From the NCBI RefSeq assembly GCF_009914755.1, contig NC_060926.1: a stretch of 64,000 nucleotides of DNA; one strand, given 5' to 3'. Positions 1-28,462 of this stretch are shown here, piece by piece. Made by a program: the position numbers and the translations under genes. A model generated the notes under the pieces. It did not search any database, had not been told where the DNA came from, and was given only the letters and a program-made list of their open reading frames with translations. The stretch's first letter is position 1. Each line of letters starts with the position of its first letter. This stretch comes from the human T2T-CHM13v2.0 reference genome, Homo sapiens.

Positions 1-1720
<1,720 letters not shown>

Positions 1721-1749
1721 AACAAAAGGAGGGGGAACAAAGGTTATTA

Positions 1750-3560
1750 CAGATCAGCTCACAAACTACCAATGGCCATTAAACAGATGAAAATATAAAA
1801 CTACTTTTCATCTATATAATTGGGAAAATTCAGGAAGACCAATAATCTGCCGTAGTAATAGTTTGGCAAAGATCAAGTTATAAGCTCTGGGACTCTCTTT
1901 GTGGTAGTGTAAATTGGTACAGCTCTTTGGAATGCACTTTGGAGACATTTTTCAAAATGTAGAATTTGATCCACAGATATGCTTCTGGAACTTTACCCAG
2001 TAAAAATTAAATAATAAGTGCAAAAATATGTGTACAATATTTCTTTTTTCCTGTTGTAATATTGAAAAACTGTGAACAGTCTTGACATTCACCAGTGGGT
2101 AACTGATTATTACTGTGCCATTTAGGAAAATGCCCTTAAGTGTGTAATACTGAAAAGAATAAGATAAACCTACTATTGAAATGGTAGTTTGTAAATAACC
2201 AGTCTCCATTAAAAGGAACTAGGGCTCCTTAGAAAAATAACTGTTGCCAGAGTTGGTGCAGGGAAAGTACCAGATGGGTGTAGGCCATCTTGGCTATGCC
2301 AGAAAGTAAGGAAGGGATGGAAGAAAAATAGGGACGTCTTGAAGAATACAGGATCAGGAGTGGAGGTTTGGGGCATAAAACAATGATAGAAATGAATGAT
2401 CATCCATAGAATAAAATAAGAATTCATGAGTCCATACTGATAAAAATCAATAAATGGAAAATGAAACTGTCTTACCTTAGTGTAATATAAAGTGATAAAT
2501 GTAGAATCGTGAAATTAGAAGATCACCACCAAGAAAACCATCAGGCAAGAGTCACCACTAGAGGCTACAAAACTAGTGGGTGAAATTCTGAGGAAAAGCA
2601 TAATTTTTTTTTAAAGTATCTCCCTACAAGATACTTAAAACTACAAAGGAAAAAAATTGTAATTTACAGTGGAGAAACCTGATAGGCACCATGTTAACAA
2701 AGCAGTCGAAGTAAATATCACCAATACTGTGATGAGAGATAGACGTCAGGTTCCTTCTGATGTGATCCATTGAGAAGGACACATTACTTCTCTGGTGTTC
2801 CTTTCCCAAATATATAACATGAACTTTTTAATGAGGAGACAGCAGACAAACCCAAATTGAGGGACAGTCTACAAAATAACTGATCTTCCAAAACAAATCT
2901 TCAGAAATGTCAAAGTCATGAAAGAAAGAAGAGACTGTGCTGTTCTGCTTCAGATTAAAGAAGATTAAAGAGCCATGACAACAAAATGCAGCCCTTGATT
3001 CTAGTCTGGATTCTGGACTTGAAGGGAAACATTTTTCTTATCTTTTGCTATAAGGGACATTAGTGGGACACTTGGCAAAATTTAAATTAACTGTAGATTA
3101 GATAATACTATTGTATTGTTAATTTTCTGGCTTTTATTCTACTTTGATTATATTATAAAAGTCCTTGTTGTTAGGAAATAGACACTAATTATTTTGGGTT
3201 AAAGGAATATCATGTGAAATTCACTTTCAAACAGTTCCAAAAAACACAGTGATATATATGTATATATATGGGTGTATACACACACACACACACACACACA
3301 CACAGAGAGAAAGCAGTGTAATAAAAGTTAAGATCATTTGGGAAATCTGGGAATTCTTTTACAATCTTAGGAACTATTCTCTAATGAAATTATTTAAATA
3401 TGAAATGTTACAGTATTTAATATGAAAAAAGAGTGAGTTCGCTGTATGTATTCTCTCATGCAAAAGTATCGGCAATATTATTGCCAAGGTACAAAAGCAA
3501 GTTTTGAAAGTAGGATGTATAGTCTGTTCCCATTTTTGTGAAAAATGGATGTATGAATGC
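1750..3560 (+). mobile_element. Old L1M-family fragments (ORF2 3' end and 3' UTR)
   Basis: Degenerate L1 motifs such as gtgtaaattggtacagctctttgg and aaacccaaattgagggacagtctacaaaataactg. Subfamily not assignable by eye. Confidence 0.7.
3253..3310. repeat. Compound (TA)n/(CA)n/(GA)n microsatellite
   Basis: Direct reading of the sequence. Confidence 0.9.
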
Positions 3561-3582
3561 ATGTGCATAGAAACAATCTGTT

Positions 3583-6890
<3,308 letters not shown>

Positions 6891-7556
6891 CACACACACA
6901 TATGCATGAGTCAGCCCACACATGTAGAAGACTGAAAAGATAGACACCAAAATGTTAGAAGTGATGGAATTACCAGAGTGGGTTTTGTTGATGTTGGTTT
7001 GTTTGTTGTTGTTTGTTTTGAGACACTGTCTTATTCCATCGCCCAGGCTGCAGTGCAGTGGTGCACTTGTGGCTCGCTACAGCCTTAACCTCCCCGGGCT
7101 CAGATGATCCTCCCACCTCAACCTCCTGAGTAACTGGGCTTACAGGCACACCACCACACCTGGCTAATTTTTGTATTTTCGGTAGAGACAGGGTTTCACC
7201 ATGTTGCCCAGGCTAGTCTCGAACTCCTTGGCTCAAGCAGTCTCCCCACCTTGGCCTCCCAAAGTGCTGCGATTACAAATGTCAGCCACTACACCCAGCA
7301 CCAGGGTGGTTTTTATTTTCTCCTTCGTAATTCTCTATCTCCAAATTTTCTACAAAACAAATTCCTTATTAAATTTAGAAAAAAGGCTATGCGCAGTGGC
7401 TCACACCTGTAATCCCAGCCCTTTGGGAGGCTGAGGTGGGTGGATCAGGAGGTCACGAGTTTGAGACCAGCCTGAAACATGGTGAAACCCCGTCTCCATT
7501 AAAAATACAAAAAAAAATTAGCCGGGCATGGTGGCGCACGCCTGTAATCTCAGCTA

Positions 7557-7682
<126 letters not shown>

Positions 7683-7828
7683 TTAATTAATTAATTAATT
7701 TAGAAATTGCATATTTTAAAAAAATAAATTGAAACAGTATGCGTCATACAGTCTGGTATGAATGCCGCAGGAGGAACACCTAGCCCAGCCTATTAGGAGG
7801 GGTCTTTGTACTGCTGACTATAATCTTA

Positions 7829-8026
<198 letters not shown>

Positions 8027-8328
8027 TTAGATATAAATGTTTGTATACTGAAATATTTACAAGTAAAATGCTGAGATTTGCTTTAAATACTTCAGGAAAA
8101 ACAAAGCAGGGGTGATCACAGTTGAACCTGGATGATAGGTACATTATGCGTTTCTATCTATACTTTTATATACTTGAAATTTTGTAGAATTAAAAGGTTT
8201 TATCTTTTGTTGAAAAATCTTAGGTGTCTTTATCTAGGGGATTCCAGAATTTTTAAGCAATGTTCTCTGTATTCTGTTAATGCTAAGTTTTTGAGCCTCA
8301 TTAAATTTTTAAAATTTCATTATTGTAG

Positions 8329-8577
<249 letters not shown>

Positions 8578-9835
8578 TGATCTCGAACTCTGACCTCATG
8601 ATCCGCCCGTCTCGGCCTCCCAAAGTGCTGGAATTACAGGCGTGAGCCACCGCGCCCGGCCTTCACAACTATTTTTTATACACCTTCACACTTCACTTTG
8701 CATCTCTGATCTCAGTGCTAAACCCCCATGTCATATCTGCCCTTCCATCTATAGGTTGGGAAAGAGTATGTCATGCATATGTCCTGCCAGGGAGCTGCCC
8801 AGGCATCTTCACTGTGTTCACCCGGAAGGAGCCTTGTGGAATGGCAAGAAGTCCACACCTTGCTGCTTTCTGTTATGAAGCTCTCAGGAGAAGGGGTGTA
8901 CAGTTTCCTGAGGATGCTTTCCTAGCACCTACTGATAACCCTCCTCCAAACACAAAATGTACTAAATTTGAGAACTTAAAATAAATGAAAATGTAACACA
9001 AAAACCTTATTATCCAAGACAAAGTTTTTGCAGTCAGCATTTATTAAGCCTTTGCCGTGTGATGACTTCAGGCTTTCCTGAGTGATAGAAAGCAATTGGA
9101 AGATCTCCATCCTCATTAACCCACATTTACTGATTTAGGAAGGGAATACTTACGAATAATGACACTTAAGAACTACACAACTTTTTCTGAACAGGTTCAA
9201 ATTATAAATGCAAATTTCACTTAAAGATTAAGAAGAGCAGACTTAAGACCTAGGATGTACAACTACCCATTGGTTAAAACTATTAAAGTGTGTTTGAGTA
9301 TATGTAAATGTGTACATGCATATATTATATGCATAAATTTTTAGCAATTAATAGTGAATTGGGGAGATAAAAACTTAATGTTTATCCAGAGTTTCTTCCT
9401 TCCTCTGAAAGGTAAGATTTTAATCATAATAGAGTGATATGGATTTCAGCACCTCAAATGATTGGCATGTGTATTGTAGTTATTTTGGTGTATTTCATAC
9501 GGGATGTTAGGATTTAGTGTCATAGTTTTCTTAGATTCTTCCTCTTCCATATCTTCAAAGTATCCAGAGAAGTTTCTCTCCATCCTGTCTCTATTCATGT
9601 AGTTCCTACCATGCACCCTCCTTCCTAACCACTGTTATTAGTCCTTAATCTTTTCAGAATTTTGCCTGGGCTCTTAAAAGGATATGTGGAAATTTTTAAT
9701 TCTTGTTTAAAATGTCATTTAGCCAAGCATGGTGGCTTGTACCTGTAATCCCAGCAACTCATGAGGTGGAAGGATTGCTGGAGGCCAGGAGTTTGAGACC
9801 AGCCTGGTCAACATAGTGAGACTCTATCTCTACTA

Positions 9836-9973
<138 letters not shown>

Positions 9974-10435
9974 TCAACAGAGCAGTACCCTGTCTCCAAA
10001 AGAAAAATGTCAGTTATCTATACTTTTTTTATGCCACCATACTTGTTTCCCCTGTTCATCTTATTTTGAACAATTAGAAAACTCTGGCAAGTACTTTTTG
10101 TTTTATTTTATTTTTTATTTTTTTGAGACAGTCTCTCACTCCGTCACCCAGTCTGGAATATAGTGGCGCCATCTCAGCTCACTGCAACCTCTACCTCCCA
10201 AGTTCAAGCAGTTCTCATGCCTCAGCCTCCTGAGTAGCTAGAATTACAGGTGCCCACCACCAGGCCTGGCTAATTTTTATATTTTTATTAGAGATGGGGT
10301 TTCACCATGTTGGCCAGGCTGGTCTCGAACTCCTGGCCTTAAGTAATCCGCCTGCCTCAGCCTCCCAAATTGCTAGGATTACAGGCATGAACCACCGTGC
10401 CCGGCCTCTGGCAATAAAATAAAATATTTTATTGA

Positions 10436-10585
<150 letters not shown>

Positions 10586-10900
10586 TAAGGGGCAACCCTG
10601 AGCCCACCTGTTGGCACTGCCCAAGAAGAGCTCTGTGCCTCAGCCAGTTGGTTTACACAGATTATCACTGGCTCCATCAGGAGCAGAGCAAAGGAGAAGA
10701 TGGTGTGCTGCTTGGCAGAGCAGTAATTCTCTAGTGCCACCCAAAGACAAGGCAGTGGCTAGGGATTGGGGCACTCTTGCTAATGAAGGACCGTCAGCAA
10801 GTGATCGGTCATAATGAAGGACAGGAATGCCACTGCCACAGGCAGAATCCAGAAGGCCTGGGACTGATTTTCTTCTGCCAGAGTGCAAAACCCAAACTAA

Positions 10901-11092
<192 letters not shown>

Positions 11093-11556
11093 TAGATGTG
11101 GGTCTGCAAACTGGTGACAGTCTAAAAATACACCACAGCACAGAAATGGGTTTTCCTCTTCCTAGAATCCTGCAAAAAGTCATAATTTTTGCCATCTCTG
11201 ATTTAGGGTTCTTGGATATGTTCCTATGACCTTGTGTCATTTGAGATGTGAGAGTATATATGGTAAGATGCAGGTAGGTTTAGGAGGGACAGAGGGGCCA
11301 CAGGGAAATGTGTGAGAGGAACAAGTAGAGTGAAACTCTTAGCCTCTTAGTTCTTTGAGAAAGGGTTTGTCCTTACATCCATGTGGGAGAAAGTCTGAGT
11401 GAACAAATATGTTGCCTCTCTGTGGTAAAGTACCTTCAAGTTTATATTTTAACTTTCTACTCAGCAGCCTTGTGGTGTGGTTAGGGCAAGTGCTTTTATT
11501 TTATTTTACAATGGAAATGTGAAGTTCAGAAAAATGTTTGAGATCACCTAATTTAG

Positions 11557-11878
<322 letters not shown>

Positions 11879-12081
11879 TGATCCACCCACCTCAGCCTCC
11901 CAAAGTACTAGGATTACAGGTGCGCCCGGCTCAGTAGCTTTAACACTATTAGCCCTCTATTCCTTGCCTATCGGGTAAGTAGGAATGATTTAAAAGATGG
12001 ATGTCCCTGGCCGGATGCAGTGCCTCATGCCTGTAATCCTCTCACTTTGGGAGGCTGAGGCAGGTGGATTGCCTGAACTCA

Positions 12082-12391
<310 letters not shown>

Positions 12392-12425
12392 TTACCCAAC
12401 TTTTTTGGTAACAGGAATGTATTGA

Positions 12426-12803
<378 letters not shown>

Positions 12804-13785
12804 CAGCCACCTTTGGACCCTTCGCCTTTATGGTTCCCCTGCCCTCTCCCATCTTTGATTGGCTTGGTATTTGGAGCTTCTGTTAACATTATAGAGACTC
12901 CTAGGATGTGTGTTCATGGCATTATAGCTTTTGAAGAAAGGCCAGTGATCCAGCAAAGGGGGAAAAATATGCATTTCACCCCACATGACTAGGAATCCAC
13001 ATCAGAATGATACAGAGTTAGCAGGTTTTTCTAAGGAAATGCCATTCAAATGCCTCCTAACTTTTATAGTTATTTTGTTTTATATTTCTAAATTCTTGTA
13101 TCAGATCCAAAGCTCTATTGTACAGCAAATTATTCTTCAAAATGATTATAACCAGTTGCACCCTGTATTTCTTTTTGCAGCCAGCACAATGTGACCCAAC
13201 TTAAAATTTGGGGGAAAAAGAATGCAGGAGTGAAATAACCAAGTCAAAACCATGTACTATCTCCTTGGGGGTTAGGGATGCTAAGAAGAGCCCACAAATA
13301 GAGGATTACTCTTCCCCTGAATCTCTAAACTCAGAAACAATTACCAAAAAATACATAACTCTTCCTTGTAGGGCCCTTTCCTTATTCATTTAGGTAGTGT
13401 GAACATTAAGTATAAAATAAATTATGTTCTTAATGCCTCTTAAACCACTTACATTCAAAGGGGAACAGAAATCATTCTAAGCAGGAAAATACTTCCACTT
13501 TTTTTTTTTCAAGTATCTCTCTAATAACTAAATGCCACTTATTTGCATTCTCCTTGTGGATTTTTTGTCACCTAAGGAAATGCATTTGATGAGTGCTGGA
13601 AACTTCTTAAGTGCTTTACAGTTTGTTTTCATTGTTTGCAGCGGATCACTGGACATCAAAGATTCATTGCACTTATGAACAAGGAACCTTCTTTTCAATT
13701 TCTGTGTAATTTGCAAGGCTGTACAATGTGTGCTGATGCAAGCCTTTTTCAGTTCAAGAGAATAAATGTTTACAAATATAGGCTC
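12804..13785 (+). other. R3HDM1: R3HDM1 3' UTR
   Basis: About 1 kb of AT-rich sequence with no recognisable repeats between the stop and the AATAAA at 13761. The 3' end is inferred. Confidence 0.85.
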
Positions 13786-13801
13786 ACTTTGTCTTTTTTT
13801 T
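13761..13801 (+). terminator. R3HDM1 polyadenylation signal and downstream U/GU-rich element
   Basis: AATAAA at 13761-13766, upstream TGTA motifs, downstream ctttgtctttttttt. A spare ATTAAA lies at 13803-13808. Confidence 0.85.
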
Positions 13802-14597
13802 AATTAAAAACACCTTTTAAATGAGTCAGTTTTGAAGACAATAACCTTTTTGGAAGATTTAAGTCAATTTCAGACTTACAGAAGATGAAAAACAGTAAAC
13901 CACCTCATTTTACAAATGTCCTAAACATCCCTTTCTCTGTGGCAGTGATTCCTGGTGGACATGATTCGTGTTACTGTGTTGTCTATCATAAAGTTATTAC
14001 CAACTGTAGAAATTTGGAGTATGAACATACTTATTGTCAGGCAACTAAAAATAGAAGGTTATGTTTGGTGAGATAAATTTGTTTTTAGCTTATGTATTGC
14101 ACACCCAATTGTCCACTTAGGCTCAAACGCTTTATAGACATCTTTTCCCTTTGGTTAGCCAAGCAAAGTCACCCCGTTGGGAAATCTAAAAGGTAGGGGT
14201 CTGCCAACTGCAGCTTTCCTGGAGTCTGGTTATCTTCCAGCCCAGACTAGGGCTTCTACTATGAAATTGAAGAGCACTAGGTGTTACCAGACTCTGGTGC
14301 AGATGTGCACTCACTTTAGCACATTTGCAAGGTCCCACTGGTCCCAGAGAATGCCATGCCTCCCCACCAACTAGCACATCCCAATTGTGAATATTGTACT
14401 CCTGGGATCAAAAGTTGAAGCTGTCTTAGAACCATTTTAGATTAAGGAGCCATAGCCAGGGAAAAGAGTAAGAGTGTGAGGTCTGTGAAAATCTCTTGCT
14501 TCCAAGGCTTGTTGAATTTTAATTATTTTTGACATGCAGAGAGTCAAAGATGGAGAGGACACGTAAGTAAGGCTAGCATTTCAGCAACAATTCTTCA

Positions 14598-14849
<252 letters not shown>

Positions 14850-15851
14850 TCACAACCTCATGGTTTCTGGCAATTATTTTTTTTTTTTCTTTTGAGACCA
14901 GAGTCACTGTATCAACCAGGCTAGAGTGCAGTGGCACGATCTCAGTTCACTGCAACCTTAGACTCCTGGGCTCAAGCAATTCTTCCTCAGCCTCTCGAGT
15001 AGCTGGGATTACAGGCACCTGCCACCATGCCCCACTAATTTTTGTATTTTTAGCAGAAACAGGGTTTCGCCATATTGGCCAGGCTGATCTCGAACTCCTG
15101 ACCTGAGGTGATCCACCCGCCTCGGCCTCCCAAAGTGCTGGAATTACAGGCATGAGCCACTACACCTGGCCTGCAATTAGTTTCTCTTGAATATTCCCTT
15201 TAGACCAGGCACGGTGGCTCATGCCTATAATCCCAGCACTGGGAGGCCGAGGCGGACGGATCATTTGAGGTCAGGAGTTCGAGACCAGCCTTGCCAACAT
15301 GGCAAAACCCCATCTCTACTAAAAACACAAAAATTAGCCGGGTGTGGTGGTGGGGTGCCTATATAATCCCAGCTACTTGGGAGGCTGAGGCAGAAGAATC
15401 ACTTGAACCTGGGGGGCAGAGGTTGCAGTGAGCCGAGGTTGCGCCACTTCACTCTAGCCTGGGCGGAAGAGCGAAACTCCGTCTCAAAAAAAAAAAAATT
15501 ATCTTTAACTCCTGCAGTAGGAATTCTGGTAAACCAGTTTTTGCTTTAAACTCTTAGTTTACCTTGTAGGAATTGAATACTGTGCAAAGTAAATAGGTAA
15601 GACACTAGAGCTAAAAAAAGATCAGAGGCTATTGTAGAGTTAACTCCTAGCCACCACCACCACATTCCCTGACAATCACATGGAAATAACAATGAAATTG
15701 GCCAATCCCACCACCATTACAAAAATATGCACACGTTCCCTAATCTACATTCCCCCCTTTTTTTTTTAATCTAAAGTCTGATTTCCCCTGTATAAAAATG
15801 GTGGGAGGTAGAAGCACACACAGGAGGCATTTAAGATGTGATTTGGTCTAG

Positions 15852-16169
<318 letters not shown>

Positions 16170-17294
16170 TAGCCAGAATGGTCTCGATCTCCTGACCTTG
16201 TGATCCGCCCACCTCGGCCTCCCAAAGTGCTAGGATTACAGGTGTGAGCCACCCCGCCCGGCCAGATACTACTTTTACCAATAAAGTGTTATTCTTTCTT
16301 GTGCCAATATTAGCAGCTCCAGCAGTCCTTTCTTTGGGAATGATAGAGGTCAGTCCATAACATTCTGTCTGTTTATGCTACTTAATATTAGAAAACTGAG
16401 AATGACTTATGGTTTGAAGCTCTTGGTTTGCAAAGAACATGGATATATTGGGTACGTGTTTGTGATCTAGAGTACAAGGTGTGTTTGCCATGGTGCCACA
16501 GGTAATTAAAAATTATTAGGTTGGCATCAGAGCTGGCAACAAAATAGGGATGTGAGCCTTTCCCAAGCTAGGAAAATGTTTTCCTGATCCCACTAGGTAG
16601 GGCCTTATGGCCTGTGAATAGTGTGGCAACACAGGCCTCTGAGTAGAACCCACAGTTCCAGATTAGCTTGGGCAGAGTAAAGTCAGCATATCTGCAGCTA
16701 CCTCAGGAAACAGCTGAGTTGGATTCTCTACCTGTTACCAACAACAGAAAACATGCAAACTTAAGACTTCAGCAGAGGCAAGACCCCCTAATCCCAGACC
16801 ACTGCCTGCCCAACAGATAATATGTTATCTATAGTCTCCAAAGGCTAAGGGCATGAGTTCCGTCTTCTAGGGCCCAGTGAAGTGCTAGCACAAAGGCATT
16901 ATATACATGCTGGTGGGATTCAAAGCTGGCCCCTGGTTGCTTGGGATTCTAGAAGACCTTTAACAGCTGGTGCTAAAAGAACCTGAGTCTCTTGCACACA
17001 CATTCAGCCCATGACCTTCACCGGCTTGAAAAACAGATACAGCTGCCCTTGAATCCACCCCCACATCCACATATGCTCAGGCTACACAGTGCATATTTGT
17101 TCATTATTTTTCCCCTCAATGTCTCTACTTGTATTCATTTTGGTTTGATTTCACCCACATAAGAATACTGGAGGGCTGTAAAGAAAAGGCAGTGGGAACT
17201 TCTGAATCAGAAAGAAAAATGATAAAAGTTTGTTCTTTGGGGGTTGAGGAAGAGGAAGCATTGAAATAGATACATTAAATAGTTTTTTAATTAA

Positions 17295-17531
<237 letters not shown>

Positions 17532-17805
17532 TGATCTGCCAGACTGGCTCATTTCTGCAAGTAATAAACTCTAATAATATCCTGTACTTCCTCTTCAAAG
17601 CATTTAGCACAATGGTAATTACATGAGTAATTGGCCAATTAGTTGCTTACTGTTTTTCTATCCATCAGAATGTAATCTTTAGGACAGGGAAAATGTCTGT
17701 TGCTTCTGTTTACTAATATATCCCTGGCACCACGAGTGCCTTTCCCAGTAAACATTTGTCCAGTGATTAAATGAACAAATGATTTGGCAGAGTCAAATGC
17801 TTTGA

Positions 17806-18200
<395 letters not shown>

Positions 18201-18498
18201 TAGTGGAGATGGGGTTTCACTGCGTTAGCCAGGCTGGTCTCAATCTCCTGACCTCGTGATCCGCCCGCCTCGGCCTCCCAAAGTGCCTGGATTACAGGCA
18301 TGAGCTGCTGTGCCCGGCCAATTTTTTAAAATTTTTTGTAGAGACAGGGTCTCACTGTGTTGCCCAGGCTGATCTCAAACTCCTGAACTCAAGTGATCAC
18401 CTCGGCCTCCCAAAATTCTGAGATTATAGGCTTGAGCCACTGTGCGCAGCTGCTTTAAATCTTGAAAGGCATATATATGTATATGTATATACATACAT

Positions 18499-18760
18499 TT
18501 TAACTGCTTTACATATGTTAGTTATTAGTTATTTCTGACAGCCTGCCAAAATCTTGCATATATATATACATATATACATTATATATATACATACATACAT
18601 ATGTATATATGTGTATATATAATGTATATATGTGTGTATATATGTATATATACACGTATCTATATATACACATATATATTATACATATGTATATATATGT
18701 GTATATATGCAAGATTTTGGCAGGCTGTCAGAAATAACTAACATATGGAAAGCAGTTAAA
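18499..18760. repeat. Inverted repeat (arms of 52-59 bp) around a 151-bp TA-rich microsatellite
   Basis: 18499-18557 is the reverse complement of 18709-18760, apart from one mismatch and a 7-bp TTAGTTA duplication. Confidence 0.95.
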
Positions 18761-18990
18761 TACTATGTGCCAAGTACTTGCTAAGCACTTACAATGGTCT
18801 CTATGTGATTGATCATCACAATAGCCCTAAAGGATAAATTATATTATTACCCTAGTTTACTAATGAGGCAACTGAAATGTCAGAGAGGTGAGGAAATTTG
18901 CCTAACGTCTCAGCTAATAAGTGATGGTGGTATTCATAAACCAGGCAGGCTGACTCCAGAGGTCATGGGCTAAACTATTTATATTACTGC
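18733..18990 (-). mobile_element. MIR SINE
   Basis: tactatgtgccaagtact...tttactaatgaggcaactga...ccaggcaggctgactccagag follows the antisense MIR consensus. Confidence 0.8.
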
Positions 18991-19026
18991 TTCAAGCCTT
19001 GCTAACGCAGTAGTTGCCATTTTTGA

Positions 19027-19359
<333 letters not shown>

Positions 19360-19584
19360 TGATCCGCCCACCTCGGCCTCCCAGAGTACTGGGATTACAG
19401 GCGTGACCCACTGCGTCCGGCCCTGGAACCTATTTAAATGCTGCTTCTCTTCTTTTTTTATTTTATGCACACCCATGAACCTTATGTGGTAATTAAACTA
19501 TTCTCCTACTGGTCTACAGGTGAGTGATGATGATGCTCTGTATAATCTATCATATTAAGCTTTTTTTTTTTTTTTTTTTTTTGA

Positions 19585-19686
<102 letters not shown>

Positions 19687-19729
19687 TAAGTAGCTGGGAT
19701 TACAGGTGCCTGCCACCATGTCTAGCTAA

Positions 19730-19975
<246 letters not shown>

Positions 19976-20228
19976 TAAAGCCTTCTCTGGTGGTAAGCAG
20001 GTACAGGCTTCTGTGGGACAGAAAATGTTTTTTTTTTTAAAGCATGATGTGAGACTTTATATTTCAAGGTGATGTTACCAATCCAGTTTCAGTAAGAAAT
20101 GCCCTTTGATTTCTTTTGAATGACTACAGTTAAGAATTCAGTTTGTGGTAGGTTTTTCTCTGTGCAAATTAAAATAGAACCTTAGTAGTGGGAAACCTTT
20201 GGCCTCAATGACACTAGTAACTCATTCA

Positions 20229-21003
<775 letters not shown>

Positions 21004-22180
21004 TAAAATGTTCACAGGATGTAAATGACCGTGAGAAACTGCGCTCTTCCCCAGGATGTGATGGAAGCCAGTACCCAACAGGTATGTGAAACACTGGCCA
21101 ATGCTGTGAGTACACTGATGCCTGTCCGATGCCAGCTTCACATGTACAGCAGCGACCGCAAACTCAAAATACTCGCTATAGCCTGAGTGTAAGTAAATGG
21201 GTGAAGCTTAGTAGTGGGAGGGGCTGTGGCAAAGTAGAATGCACATGACCTTTCTACAACCTTTTGCAGACCCAGTAAGAACATCAGGAGACCAGACACA
21301 GTTCATAGATCTCACACTGCCAAGACATGAAGAGAGTTAGAAGGGCCCTGTGTGAGGTAAACTGCTGCAGGGCCTCCACGGAGCAAACCAGAAACAGCAC
21401 ACAGTGATTGGTCACAGAGGAAAACAGGGAGATTTCAAAGGTGGAAGGCCAGGGGCTCTATGGCAGGCCACATGGGATGGTTCCCCATCTTGCCCTGGGA
21501 CCACCATGAACAACCTCTCTGGCTTGGAAGACAAAAAGCAGGACTTTGAGAATGCACATTGGGGTCAAGCTGATGTGGTGAGGGTTCTTCCAATGGTCAC
21601 AGAGACACCAACTGAAACCTGATCTTCCTCTTCAGCAGCTCTAGACCTGGTAACCAGCCTAAGCCCCAAGACCCCTCAGAGAAGAGCTCATTGCAATGAA
21701 ACCACTCATTGTGTATCAAAGAAGCCCACAAAACCTTGGGTCTTAGCTCACGGGAAGTCTTTTATCTCTAGAATTAAGGGTTTGCACTGGGAAGGAAAAT
21801 AACAGTACAAACCATGCCATATTTTTACTGCTACACAGCAGTGAACAAACTTCTGTGGTAAGGGCCTGAGTGTAAAAAGTTGCTGTAGTTTGTGATTCAG
21901 GTCTGTTTGAAAATTGGCGTTGATGCCACTTCCCTCAACAGGCCACCACTCACCTCTCCTTTCCCTCTACAATAACCAGTACATGGCTCTTTCATTTTAT
22001 CCAAGCCAAAGAATTATGGTCACCTATTCATGTATCAATCTCTCTCACTGACTAGACTACAGGCTTTTTGAGGACAAAAATAGTATTATTGTCAATGAAT
22101 TAACCAATAGTTCAATCTCAGCACCTAATCTATAGCCTGTCCTGAAACAGGCATTCAAAGTTTTAATAAGTGAAGGGAGA

Positions 22181-28462
<6,282 letters not shown>

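Noticed and set aside
18518-18712. Tyr/Ile-rich 64-aa ORF
   Set aside because: It is a translation of the TA microsatellite.
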